64,000 bases of DNA from an uncultured delta proteobacterium (GTDB taxonomy: Bacteria; Myxococcota; Myxococcia; Myxococcales; Anaeromyxobacteraceae), in contig CAWJSR010000026.1 in assembly GCA_963845515.1 (NCBI GenBank), forward strand, positions 91,077-155,076, given 5' to 3'. The position numbers and the translations under genes are program-made. This document shows positions 10,224-19,362 of this stretch, piece by piece (position 1 is the stretch's first letter; every line of letters starts with the position of its first letter). The notes beneath the pieces are model-generated. The model did not search any database. It had not been told where the DNA came from and saw nothing but the letters and a program-made list of their open reading frames with translations.

Positions 10224-10474
10224 GTATTCTCCCGGAACGGCATTGGATCACGGAGGACCCGGCGCCTCGGCTGGAGGTCCAGTCCCAAATCCTTAGATGC
10301 TTGAAGCTCCGAGGTCAACGGGCGGCGCGTTTTATGCGCGCATCGGATGCCGCCAAATGACCCGGAGCACGCAACCCGTGCGCGGTCGTTGCCTTCCGTG
10401 AGGGGGGTATGCTACCGCCTTGGGGACCCCCGAGCGCGGCGCTGCGCCGCGCCCCGTCCCCCGTGAGGATTCAG

Positions 10475-12154
10475 TTGGCACTGGAACGCCCCCCTGCCTC
10501 GAACGATGGCGTCGCCAGCAAGGGAATGAGCCGCGAGGAGCGGAGGGTCATCGTCGCGTCGTCCCTGGGGACGGTCTTCGAGTGGTACGACTTCTACCTC
10601 TACGGCTCGCTCTCCACGATCATCGGCAGGCAGTTCTTCTCGGCGCTCAACGAGACCAGCCAGTTCATCTTCGCGCTGCTCGCCTTCGCCGCCGGCTTCG
10701 CGGTCCGCCCCTTCGGTGCCCTCGTCTTCGGCCGCCTCGGGGACCTGATCGGCCGCAAGTACACCTTCCTCCTAACCATCCTCATAATGGGCTGCTCGAC
10801 GGCCATCGTCGGCATCCTGCCCAACTATGCGGCCATCGGCATCGCGGCACCCACCATCCTCATAGTCCTGCGCATGCTGCAGGGGCTCGCCCTCGGCGGG
10901 GAGTACGGCGGCGCGGCCACCTACGTGGCCGAACACGCGCCGCACGGCAAGCGGGGGCTCTTCACGAGCTGGATCCAGACGACGGCCACGGCCGGCCTCT
11001 TCCTCTCGCTCCTCGTGATCCTCCTCTGCCGCTACGCGCTCGGCCCCAGGTTCGACGTCTGGGGCTGGCGCATCCCGTTCCTCCTGTCGATCGTCCTGCT
11101 CGCGGTCTCGGTCTACATCCGGCTGCAGCTCCACGAGTCGCCGGTCTTCCGCCGGATGAAGGCCGAGGGGAAGGGCTCGAGGGCCCCGCTCACCGAGTCC
11201 TTCCTCCGCTGGGACAACCTCCAGATCGTCGTCCTGGTGCTGCTCGGCGGCACCGCCGGCCAGGCGGTGGTCTGGTACACGGGGATGTTCTACGAGCTCT
11301 TCTTCCTTACGCAGACCCTGAAGGTGGAGCCGAACGCGGCCAACCTCATGGTCGCGGGCTCGCTCATCCTCGCCTCGCCGTTCTTCGTCGTGTTCGGCGC
11401 CCTCTCCGACATGATCGGGAGGAAGCGGATCATCATGTTCGGCTGCCTGATCGCGGCCCTCACGTACATCCCCATCTTCAAGACGCTCACCGGCGCGGCC
11501 AACCCGGCGCTCGACGCCGCCCAGCGGAGCAGCCCGGCGATCGTCGCCGCCGATCCGGAGGAGTGCAGCTTCCAGTTCAACCCTGTCGGCACGGCGAAGT
11601 TCACGAGCTCCTGTGACGTCGCAAAGAGCTCGCTCGCCAGGCACGCGGTCCCCTACGAGAACGAGGTCGCGCCGGCGGGGACGCCCGCAGTGATCCGGAT
11701 CGGCGCCACGACCCTCACCGCGTACGACGCCAGGAACGTCCCACGCGAGGAGCTGGGCGCCACCCGCGCCGCGTTCGAGCAGGGGGTCTCCGCGGCGCTG
11801 ACCGCGGCGGGCTACCCGGCGAAGGCGGACATGAAGGCGATGAACGTGCCGCTCGTCATGTTCCTCCTCTGGCTCCTCGCGCTCTACGTGGCGCTGGTGT
11901 ACGGGCCGATCGCCGCCTGGCTCGTCGAGCTCTTCCCGGCGCGCATCCGCTACTCGTCGGTCTCGCTCCCGTACCACATCGGCAACGGCTGGTTCGGCGG
12001 CTTCCTCCCGACCATCTCGTTCGCGATCGTGGCGGCGACCGGCGACATCTACGCGGGCCTCTGGTACCCGATCACCGTCGCGCTCATGACCTTCGTGCTC
12101 GGCTCGCTCTTCATGCCCGAGACGAAGGACCGCGACATCCGCCACGAGGCGTAG
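10475..12154 (+). CDS. MFS transporter, metabolite:H+ symporter (MHS) family
   Basis: SSLGTVFEWYDFYLY, GRLGDLIGRK, QGLALGGEYGGA, ELFPARIRYS. Start chosen at TTG after GAGGA; ATG 10526 is an alternative. Confidence 0.9.
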   Translation: MALERPPASNDGVASKGMSREERRVIVASSLGTVFEWYDFYLYGSLSTIIGRQFFSALNETSQFIFALLAFAAGFAVRPFGALVFGRLGDLIGRKYTFLLTILIMGCSTAIVGILPNYAAIGIAAPTILIVLRMLQGLALGGEYGGAATYVAEHAPHGKRGLFTSWIQTTATAGLFLSLLVILLCRYALGPRFDVWGWRIPFLLSIVLLAVSVYIRLQLHESPVFRRMKAEGKGSRAPLTESFLRWDNLQIVVLVLLGGTAGQAVVWYTGMFYELFFLTQTLKVEPNAANLMVAGSLILASPFFVVFGALSDMIGRKRIIMFGCLIAALTYIPIFKTLTGAANPALDAAQRSSPAIVAADPEECSFQFNPVGTAKFTSSCDVAKSSLARHAVPYENEVAPAGTPAVIRIGATTLTAYDARNVPREELGATRAAFEQGVSAALTAAGYPAKADMKAMNVPLVMFLLWLLALYVALVYGPIAAWLVELFPARIRYSSVSLPYHIGNGWFGGFLPTISFAIVAATGDIYAGLWYPITVALMTFVLGSLFMPETKDRDIRHEA

Positions 12155-12168
12155 CGGCTCGCGGCGCG

Positions 12169-13623
12169 TCAGCCGCCGGTCCGCGACCGCACGACCGTGA
12201 CGGTGCAGGGGGCCTCGGCGACCACCCTGGGCGCGACCGCGCCGGACGTCCTGAAGAACGAGAGGGGGTCCTCCGCGACGCGGGCCGAGACCCCACCGAG
12301 CATCCCGCGCAGCGCCACGCCGCGCGGCGGCGCGCCGATGACGATGTGGTCCACCTGGTTGGCCCGCGCGTAGGCGACGAGCGCGGCGGCCGGGTCGCCG
12401 GACTCCACGACGTGGAAGGAGACCTGCCCCGCGCCGAGCCGGAGCGGCTCCGCCCAGTGGTGGAGCTGGACGAGGTGGCGGATCCGCTGCCGCGCCGCGG
12501 TCTCCTCCTCCTTGCTGCCGCCCAGCTCCGGCGTCGGCCTCACGACCGTGACGACCGCGAGGCGGACGTGCTCCCCGGCCGCCATGACTCGCCGAACCGC
12601 CTCGCGCAGTGCCTGCCCCCGCGCGCCGTCCGCGTGGCTGGAGGCGACCGCGACGAGCACGATGGGCGCCCTCGAGACGGCCGCCGAAGGGCGCGCGATC
12701 TCGGGGGGCTCGTAGCCGACCGCCCGGAACCAGCGGCGCAGGACGGCCACCGCGCCTGGCGCCCTGAGCTGCCTCCCGCGGTCGCCGACGGCCACCTGCT
12801 CCGGGTGCGCGAGGTCGAACGCGACCAGCGCGGCCGACGGGTAGCGATCGCGGGCGTCCACCTCGAGGCAGTGGAGGATCACCTCCTGCAGCCACTCCGG
12901 GACGGCGTCGACGACGGCGCGCGGCGGGAGTGGCGGGCGCCAGAGCCGCGCGCGCAGCCCCCGCTCCGAGGTGGGCTTGCCGAACGGGAACACGCCGGTC
13001 GCCAGCTCGTAGAGGATCACCCCGAGCGAGAAGACGTCGCTGCGGGGGTCGGACCGGACGCCGGTGATCTGCTCGGGCGACATGTACGGCGCCGAGCCGA
13101 TGGGCCTCCTGACCTCCTCGGTGAGGAGATCGGGGAAGCTGCCGTGGTGCGCGAGGCCGAAGTCCACCAGGACCGCCTCGCCGTCTGGACGGATGATGAC
13201 GTTGCCCGGCTTGAGGTCGAGGTGGATGGCGTCCTGGAGGTGGATGGCGTGGATCGCGTTGGCGAGCGCCACCCCGATCCGCGCCACCTCGTCGGCCGGG
13301 AGCGGCGCGCGCTCCACCCACTCCTCGAGCGACCTGCCCTCCACCAGCTCCATCACGAGGTAGGGCACCCTGGAGAGGTCGCCCCTGGCCACGAAGCGCG
13401 GGACGTGCGGCCCGTGCAGCGCCTCGAGCACCATCTGCTCCACCTCGAAGGAGATGAAGCCGCTGGCCGGCTCGCCGTGGCCGAGCCGCGGCACCTTCAT
13501 CAGGAGCGGGGGGCCTGGGGGCGGCCCCGAGACGCGGTAGAGGACGGCCATCCCGCCCGAGTGGACCTGCGCCTCGATCCGGAAGCCATCGAGCGTCGCG
13601 CCGACCTCTGGACTCCCGGCCAT
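12169..13623 (-). CDS. bifunctional Ser/Thr protein kinase - universal stress protein (USP) domain
   Basis: HSGGMAVLY, LMKVP, HLDLKPGN, DFG, YMSPEQ. The C-terminus has USP motifs GDPAAALV..DHIVIG..VVAEAPCTVTVVR. Start at ATG 13623. Confidence 0.88.
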   Translation of the reverse strand: MAGSPEVGATLDGFRIEAQVHSGGMAVLYRVSGPPPGPPLLMKVPRLGHGEPASGFISFEVEQMVLEALHGPHVPRFVARGDLSRVPYLVMELVEGRSLEEWVERAPLPADEVARIGVALANAIHAIHLQDAIHLDLKPGNVIIRPDGEAVLVDFGLAHHGSFPDLLTEEVRRPIGSAPYMSPEQITGVRSDPRSDVFSLGVILYELATGVFPFGKPTSERGLRARLWRPPLPPRAVVDAVPEWLQEVILHCLEVDARDRYPSAALVAFDLAHPEQVAVGDRGRQLRAPGAVAVLRRWFRAVGYEPPEIARPSAAVSRAPIVLVAVASSHADGARGQALREAVRRVMAAGEHVRLAVVTVVRPTPELGGSKEEETAARQRIRHLVQLHHWAEPLRLGAGQVSFHVVESGDPAAALVAYARANQVDHIVIGAPPRGVALRGMLGGVSARVAEDPLSFFRTSGAVAPRVVAEAPCTVTVVRSRTGG

Positions 13624-13625
13624 GC

Positions 13626-14372
13626 TCACTCCCCCCGCTCGAGCCGGGCCGCGAGGAACTCCGGGAGGCCGGCGGCGCGGATCTTCGCCGCCGCCGAGCG
13701 CCAGTCGTAAGGGACCCTGTGGAAGGTGAGCGTGTGCCGGTCGAGGTCGAGCATCGCCCAGGAGGCGGCGGTGTCGTGATCGCGTGGCTGCCCGACCGAG
13801 CCGACGATCACGAGCCACCGACGGTGGGGGCTCACCGGGATCGCCCTCCCGGGAACGGGCGTAAACGGCGCGGGGCGCTCGGCGGCGCTGGTGTAGAAAA
13901 GGGTCGGCTCGTGGACGTGACCGGAGACGACGTAGCGTGCGCCGCCGGCCGCAGCGAGCGAACGCGCGGCCAGGTACTCGTCGCTGACGTACGTCCAGCG
14001 GTCCGGCAGCTCGGCGCTCGCGTGGACGTAGAGCACCTCCCCGTCGCGGACCGAGAGCGGCAGCCCTCCCAGGAAGGCCAGCTGGCGCGCGTCCAACTGC
14101 GCCCGGGTCCACCCGATCGCCGCGGCCGCCTCGTCGCGCATCCCGTCGGCGACGCCGCTCACCACGGCGGCGTCGTGATTCCCGAGGACAACGACCGCGC
14201 CGCGCGCGGCTTGCGCCGCCACGAGGTCCAGCACCGCGCCCGGCTCCGCGCCGTAGCCGACGAGGTCGCCGAGGTACGCGAAACGGTCGGCGCCGTGCGC
14301 CTCCGCCTGCTCGAGGCAGGCGGTCAGCGCGCCGAGGTTCGAGTGGATGTCCGCGAAGAGGGCGACTCGCAT
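13626..14372 (-). CDS. calcineurin-like metallophosphoesterase
   Basis: DIHSN, GDLVGYG, GNHD, GHVH, GSVGQPRD. Confidence 0.9.
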   Translation of the reverse strand: MRVALFADIHSNLGALTACLEQAEAHGADRFAYLGDLVGYGAEPGAVLDLVAAQAARGAVVVLGNHDAAVVSGVADGMRDEAAAAIGWTRAQLDARQLAFLGGLPLSVRDGEVLYVHASAELPDRWTYVSDEYLAARSLAAAGGARYVVSGHVHEPTLFYTSAAERPAPFTPVPGRAIPVSPHRRWLVIVGSVGQPRDHDTAASWAMLDLDRHTLTFHRVPYDWRSAAAKIRAAGLPEFLAARLERGE

Positions 14373-14694
14373 CGGGGTGGAGAGCGTGGGTTGGCGGCGA
14401 GCATAGACCGGCCGCGCTCGCGCTGCGCCTATATAGAGGTAGGTACTCTGTCTCGGGTGCGACATCTGGCCCAGCGATCCCTTGCGTCGTGGCGCGCGCA
14501 TTGCGCGCATTTCGTGCGTATCGCCGGGTACGTTTCACTTTCAGCGTGGCGCTACCGTCCTCCACCGGGCTGAACGCACAAATTTTCGCGTTTACTCCTT
14601 CTCAGCACGCAAACCCGCGTGCTAAACATTCGCACGATTTACGATGGGCCCCAATGAAACAAGGGGGCGCGGTTCACCGACACGGAGGCAGCAC

Positions 14695-15033
14695 ATGGCG
14701 AACGCAGCGATCAAGGCGGATCACGGTGGCAAGCAGACCGCGAAGGAGCTTCTGGACTCACCCGAGTTCAAGGCCCTCGTCTCGACCCGCATGCGGGTCA
14801 GCGTCACGCTCCTCACCCTCCTCTTCGTTTCCTACTACGGCTACATCCTCGTCGTCGCGACGGCGAAGGACTTCGTCAACCAGAAGATCGGCGAGGGGGC
14901 GACCACCCTCTCCATCCCGCTGGGCATCGCCGCGATCGTGATCGCGTTCGTGCTCACGGCGATCTACGTCTCCTGGGCCAACAAGTCCTACGACCCCGAG
15001 GTCGAGCGGCTCAAGGGCATGCTGAAGCACTAG
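14695..15033 (+). CDS. DUF485 (YjcH-like) small membrane subunit of ActP
   Basis: LLDSPEFKALVSTR, two TM segments, YVSWANKSYDP; GGAGG RBS; directly upstream of actP. Confidence 0.88.
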   Translation: MANAAIKADHGGKQTAKELLDSPEFKALVSTRMRVSVTLLTLLFVSYYGYILVVATAKDFVNQKIGEGATTLSIPLGIAAIVIAFVLTAIYVSWANKSYDPEVERLKGMLKH

Positions 15034-15072
15034 CTCGCCCCCTCCCACGACCTCTACCCCGGAGAGACCCTG

Positions 15073-16668
15073 ATGCTTCGCACTGACGCGATCCTGAATT
15101 TCCTCCTCGGCCAGGCAGCACCGGCCGTCACCGAGACCAGCCTCGGCAAGCCTACGCTCCCCGCCGTCGGCTTCTTCTTCCTCATCGTCGCGGTGACCCT
15201 CGTCATCACCTACTGGGCCGCCCGCAAGACCAAGACCTCCAGCGAGTTCTACGCCGCCGGCCGCAGCGTCTCGGCGCTCCAGAACGGCTTCGCGCTCGCC
15301 GGCGACTACATGTCGGCCGCCTCGTTCCTCGGCATCTCGGGCATGGTCGCCCTGTCCGGGTACGACGGCATGATCTACGCGACCGGCTGGCTCGTCGGCT
15401 GGCCGGCGCTCATGTTCCTCGTCGCCGAGCCGCTCCGCAACCTCGGCAAGTTCACGTTCGCCGACGTGGTCGCGTTCCGGCTGAAGAACAAGCCGGTCCG
15501 CATCGCCGCGGCGATCGGCTCGATCATGACGGTGCTCTTCTACACGATCGCGCAGATGGTCGGCTCCGGCCAGCTCATCTCGCTCATGTTCGGCCTCAAG
15601 TACGAGTACGCCGAGCTGATCGTCGGCTGCGTCATGCTCGCCTACGTGCTCTTCGGCGGCATGCTCGCCACGACGTGGGTCCAGATCATCAAGGCGGCCC
15701 TCCTGCTCTTCGGCGTCACCGTCCTGACCGGCATGGTCTTCAACCGGTTCGGCTGGAGCCCGGGGACGATCTACGCAGAGGTGGTCGCGAAGTACGGCGA
15801 GGCTGCGCTGCAGCCTGGCGGCCAGGTCGCGAACCCCGTCGAGGCGGTCTCGCTCGGCCTCGCGCTCATGTTCGGCCTCCTCGGCCTGCCGCACATCCTG
15901 ATGCGCTTCTACACTGTGCCGGACGCCAAGGCCGCCCGTAAGTCGGTGCTCTACGCGACCGGCCTCATCGGCTACTTCTACCTGATCATCCCGATCGTCG
16001 GCTTCGGCGCCTCGCTGCTCGTCGGCCGTGACTTCATCAAGTCGATGGCCGGTGGCGGCAACATGGCCGCTCCGCTCCTCGCCGAGTTCCTCGGCGGCAA
16101 GCCGTTCCTCGGCTTCATCTCCGCGGTCGCCTTCGCCACCATCCTCGCGGTCGTCGCCGGGCTCACGCTCGCCGGTGCCTCCGCGTACTCGCACGACATC
16201 TACGTGTCCGTCATCAAGAAGGGGCACGCCAGCGAGGAGGAGCAGGTCAAGGCCGCCAAGATCGCGACGATCGTCTTCGGCGTCTTCGCCGTCGGCCTCG
16301 GCATCCTCTTCAAGGGCCAGAACGTCGCCTTCATGGTCGGCCTCGCCTTCGCGATCGCGGCCTCCGCCAACTTCCCGGCGCTGCTCATGTCGATCGTCTG
16401 GAAGAAGTTCACGACCCAGGGCGCGGTCTGGTCGATCCTCATCGGCGCGTTCAGCTCCGTCGCGATGATCACCCTCTCGAAGACGGTCTGGGTGGACGTG
16501 TTCCACAACCCGGCCGCCCTCTTCCCGATGAAGAACCCGGCGATCTTCTCGATGACCGGCGCCTTCGCGGTCGGCATCATCGTGTCGCTCGTCGCCCCCG
16601 AGCAGGAGGCGCAGGACAAGTTCGAGGACGAGAAGATCCGCACCTACCTCGGCATCGGCGCCGAGTAG
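15073..16668 (+). CDS. actP: cation/acetate symporter ActP
   Basis: ITYWAA..EFYAAG..QNGFALAGDYMSAASFLG, GGMLATTWVQIIKA, GLPHILMRFYTVPDAKAARKSV, QNVAFMVGLAFAIAASANFP. Confidence 0.93.
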   Translation: MLRTDAILNFLLGQAAPAVTETSLGKPTLPAVGFFFLIVAVTLVITYWAARKTKTSSEFYAAGRSVSALQNGFALAGDYMSAASFLGISGMVALSGYDGMIYATGWLVGWPALMFLVAEPLRNLGKFTFADVVAFRLKNKPVRIAAAIGSIMTVLFYTIAQMVGSGQLISLMFGLKYEYAELIVGCVMLAYVLFGGMLATTWVQIIKAALLLFGVTVLTGMVFNRFGWSPGTIYAEVVAKYGEAALQPGGQVANPVEAVSLGLALMFGLLGLPHILMRFYTVPDAKAARKSVLYATGLIGYFYLIIPIVGFGASLLVGRDFIKSMAGGGNMAAPLLAEFLGGKPFLGFISAVAFATILAVVAGLTLAGASAYSHDIYVSVIKKGHASEEEQVKAAKIATIVFGVFAVGLGILFKGQNVAFMVGLAFAIAASANFPALLMSIVWKKFTTQGAVWSILIGAFSSVAMITLSKTVWVDVFHNPAALFPMKNPAIFSMTGAFAVGIIVSLVAPEQEAQDKFEDEKIRTYLGIGAE

Positions 16669-16692
16669 CAACACGGACTCACAGAGTTGATC

Positions 16693-16726
16693 GGGCGGCG
16701 GGCCTCCTGGCCCGCCGCCTTTTTTA
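16693..16726 (+). terminator. Rho-independent terminator after actP
   Basis: GGGCGGCGGGCC-TCCT-GGCCCGCCGCCT followed by a T run. Confidence 0.85.
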
Positions 16727-17767
16727 CGGCGAAAGCTCCGGGACGTAGCGCGACAGTATCGCCTGCAGCTCGGCCAGGTCCGGCCTGCGCGAGAAGGCCT
16801 CGCGGACGTACCGGAGCGACGCGGGGATGGAGCGCAGGAAGTCCGGGTTCCTGCGCACCCTGTCGATGAAGACGAAGCGCCCCGCGTCCTTGAGCTTCCG
16901 CTGGACGGTGAGCAGGTCGAAGACGGCGCGGAAGGGCTCGTAGTCGAGCCGCGGCCCGCCCTCGGCGGCGAGCCGGTCGAGGTAGCGGCGCAGCATCCGG
17001 TCGACCAGCGCCGCCGGGAGCTCGACGTAGCTGTCCCGCAGGAGCGCCACCAGGTCGTACTGGCGCGGGCCGAGGAGCGCGTCCTGGAAGTCGATCACCG
17101 CCTGCCCCCCGCCCGGCAGGATCATGAGGTTCCGCGACTGGTAGTCGCGGTGGGTGAAGCCCTTCGGCTCCGCGTCCAGCGCGCGGGAGATCACCTCGAA
17201 GTGGCGGTCGATCGCCGCCCGCTCCCCGGTGGTCAGGGTCGCCCCCTTCCACTCCTCCAGGAGCCACTCCCTGAAGTGGTTCAGCTCCCAGAGGTAGAGC
17301 TCGTGGTCGAAGGCGCGCGTGAACGCGACCGACTGCCCCGGGCTGGCCTCGGCGTGCGCCCGGAGCCGCGCGAGCTGGTCGATCGCCGCTGCGTAGAGCG
17401 GCTCGGGCGGGTCGCCGGCGAGGAGCCGCGTCTCGAGCATCTCGTCGCCGAGGTCCTCCAGCACCATGAGCCGGTCGGCCTCGAAGTGGGCGCGTATGGC
17501 GGGCACCCGGACGCCGATCCGCTCGAGGTAGCGCTGCACGTCCACGAACGGGTTCACCGGCGGCGGCCCGCCGCTGGTGACCTCCTCCGGGCGCGCGTCC
17601 TCCGGCAGCACCATGACCACCAGCGAGGCGGGCGGCGCCCCGACGCGCCAGTAGCTCCGCATCGAGGCGTGCCCCGCCAGGCGCCGGACCGGCCACGTCG
17701 ACGCGTCCTGCCCGGTGACCCGCGCGACCGCCGATCGCACCATCGCCTCGGTCTGGTCCCCGCTCAT
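16724..17767 (-). CDS. APH-family phosphotransferase (AmgK-like anomeric sugar kinase)
   Basis: LAGHASMRSYWR, LEDLGD, HRDYQSRNLM, IDFQDALLGPRQYDLVALLRD, QRKLKDAGRF. Confidence 0.85.
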   Translation of the reverse strand: MSGDQTEAMVRSAVARVTGQDASTWPVRRLAGHASMRSYWRVGAPPASLVVMVLPEDARPEEVTSGGPPPVNPFVDVQRYLERIGVRVPAIRAHFEADRLMVLEDLGDEMLETRLLAGDPPEPLYAAAIDQLARLRAHAEASPGQSVAFTRAFDHELYLWELNHFREWLLEEWKGATLTTGERAAIDRHFEVISRALDAEPKGFTHRDYQSRNLMILPGGGQAVIDFQDALLGPRQYDLVALLRDSYVELPAALVDRMLRRYLDRLAAEGGPRLDYEPFRAVFDLLTVQRKLKDAGRFVFIDRVRRNPDFLRSIPASLRYVREAFSRRPDLAELQAILSRYVPELSP

Positions 17768-17798
17768 GCTCGCCCGCCTTCCTTTCGTGGGCCGTTCG

Positions 17799-17828
17799 TT
17801 GACACCCCTCGAAACGGCGCCCTATAAG
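17799..17828 (+). promoter_or_regulatory. sigma-70-like promoter of the cystathionine beta-synthase gene
   Basis: TTGACA-N18-TATAAG, 40 bp upstream of the ATG. Confidence 0.6.
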
Positions 17829-17868
17829 GCCCTGTCTGCCCTCGCCCCGCCCTCTTTCGGAGCGCCCC

Positions 17869-19248
17869 ATGAGCTACCACGAGAACGTCCTCGCCGCGAT
17901 CGGGCACACCCCGCTCGTCCGGCTCAACAAGGTGGTCGATCCGGGGGACGCCACCGTCCTCGCCAAGCTGGAGTTCATGAACCCCGGCGGCTCGATCAAG
18001 GACCGCATGGCGGTCCACATCATCGAGAAGGCCGAGAAGGCAGGGCTGCTGCGCCCCGGCGGCACCATCGTCGAGAACACCAGCGGCAACACCGGCGTCG
18101 GCGTCGCCATCGCCGCGGCGGTCAAGGGCTACAAGTGCATCTTCACGATGCCCGACAAGATGTCGCGGGAGAAGCAGGAGACGCTCAAGGCCTTCGGCGC
18201 CCAGGTGGTGGTGACGCCGACCAACGTCCCGGCCGACTCCCCCCAGAGCTACTACTCGGTGGCCAAGCGGATCGCCGCCGACACGCCCAACAGCTTCTAC
18301 GTGAACCAGTACTTCAACCGGGACAACGTCGAGGCCCACTACCAGCTCACCGCGCCCGAGATCTGGGAGCAGACCGGCGGGAAGTTCGACGCCTTCGTCG
18401 CCGGGCTCGGCACCGGCGGCACGATGAGCGGCTGCGGCAAGTTCTTCAAGGAGAAGAACCCGAAGCTCCTGAACGTCGGCGTCGACCCGATCGGCTCCGT
18501 CTACCACTCGGCGTTCAAGACCGGGAAGCTGGGCCAGCCGCACATCTACAAGGTGGAGGGGATCGGCGAGGACCTGCTCTGCGGGACGATGGACCTCTCG
18601 GTGCTCGACGACGTCCGGCAGGTCACGGACGCCCAGTCCTTCGCGATGGCCCGCCGGCTCGCTCGCGAGGAGGGGATCTTCGCCGGCGGCTCCTCGGGGG
18701 CGGCGGTCCACGTCGCGGCCGCGCTCGCGAAGGAGCTGGGCAAGGGGAAGACCATCGTGGTGCCGCTCCCCGACACCGGCCGCGCGTACGTCTCGCGGTT
18801 CTTCTCGGACGAGTGGATGCGGGACAACGGCTTCCCGACCGGCACCGGCGGCGAGGTGATCTCGGCGACCGTGAAGGACGTGCTCGGGTCGCGCCGCGGC
18901 AAGATCGTCACCGCGCGGAAGACGGACAAGGTCGAGGCGGTGGTCCGGCAGCTCAAGGAGCACGACATCTCGCAGATGCCCGTGGTGGACGCCGACGGCC
19001 GCGCCATCGGGATGATCCACGAGTACGACCTGCTCCAGTTCCTCATCGAGGGGAAGCACCGGCTCTCCGAGGTCGTGGAGCCGCTCGTCCAGCCGCTCCA
19101 GGGCGTCGTCGAGCTCGACACGCCCATCACGCGGCTCCGCCAGATCTTCGACGACGACAACGTCGCCATCGTGAAGGAGGGCGACCGCATCACCGGCATC
19201 ATCACCAAGATCGACCTCATCGCCTTCGTCGGCGAGCGGCTCCGCTGA
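17869..19248 (+). CDS. cystathionine beta-synthase (PLP enzyme with C-terminal CBS pair)
   Basis: IGHTPLVRL, NPGGSIKDR, TSGNTG, GTGGT, YKVEGIG, plus C-terminal CBS domains. Confidence 0.88.
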   Translation: MSYHENVLAAIGHTPLVRLNKVVDPGDATVLAKLEFMNPGGSIKDRMAVHIIEKAEKAGLLRPGGTIVENTSGNTGVGVAIAAAVKGYKCIFTMPDKMSREKQETLKAFGAQVVVTPTNVPADSPQSYYSVAKRIAADTPNSFYVNQYFNRDNVEAHYQLTAPEIWEQTGGKFDAFVAGLGTGGTMSGCGKFFKEKNPKLLNVGVDPIGSVYHSAFKTGKLGQPHIYKVEGIGEDLLCGTMDLSVLDDVRQVTDAQSFAMARRLAREEGIFAGGSSGAAVHVAAALAKELGKGKTIVVPLPDTGRAYVSRFFSDEWMRDNGFPTGTGGEVISATVKDVLGSRRGKIVTARKTDKVEAVVRQLKEHDISQMPVVDADGRAIGMIHEYDLLQFLIEGKHRLSEVVEPLVQPLQGVVELDTPITRLRQIFDDDNVAIVKEGDRITGIITKIDLIAFVGERLR

Positions 19249-19251
19249 TCT

Positions 19252-19336
19252 CCACGGGGCGTGCCGCCCCGCCCCGCCGGCGAAGCCGTCGGGGTCCCCA
19301 CCCCTGACTGCGCGCCGACTGCGGCGCGGGCGCGGC
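19252..19336 (+). repeat. dispersed structured intergenic repeat family A, copy 1
   Basis: GGGGCGTGCCGCCCCGCCCCGCCGGCGAAGCCGTCGGGGTCCCCACCCCTG..., near-identical to the copies at 28050 and 40637. Confidence 0.85.
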
Positions 19337-19362
19337 ATGGGCCGCGCCGAAGGGCCGTCTCC

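Noticed and set aside
12169..14565. 798-aa ORF suggesting a long N-terminal extension on the kinase
   Set aside because: The extension overlaps the metallophosphoesterase in another frame; the real start is ATG 13623 after a GGGGGGAG RBS.
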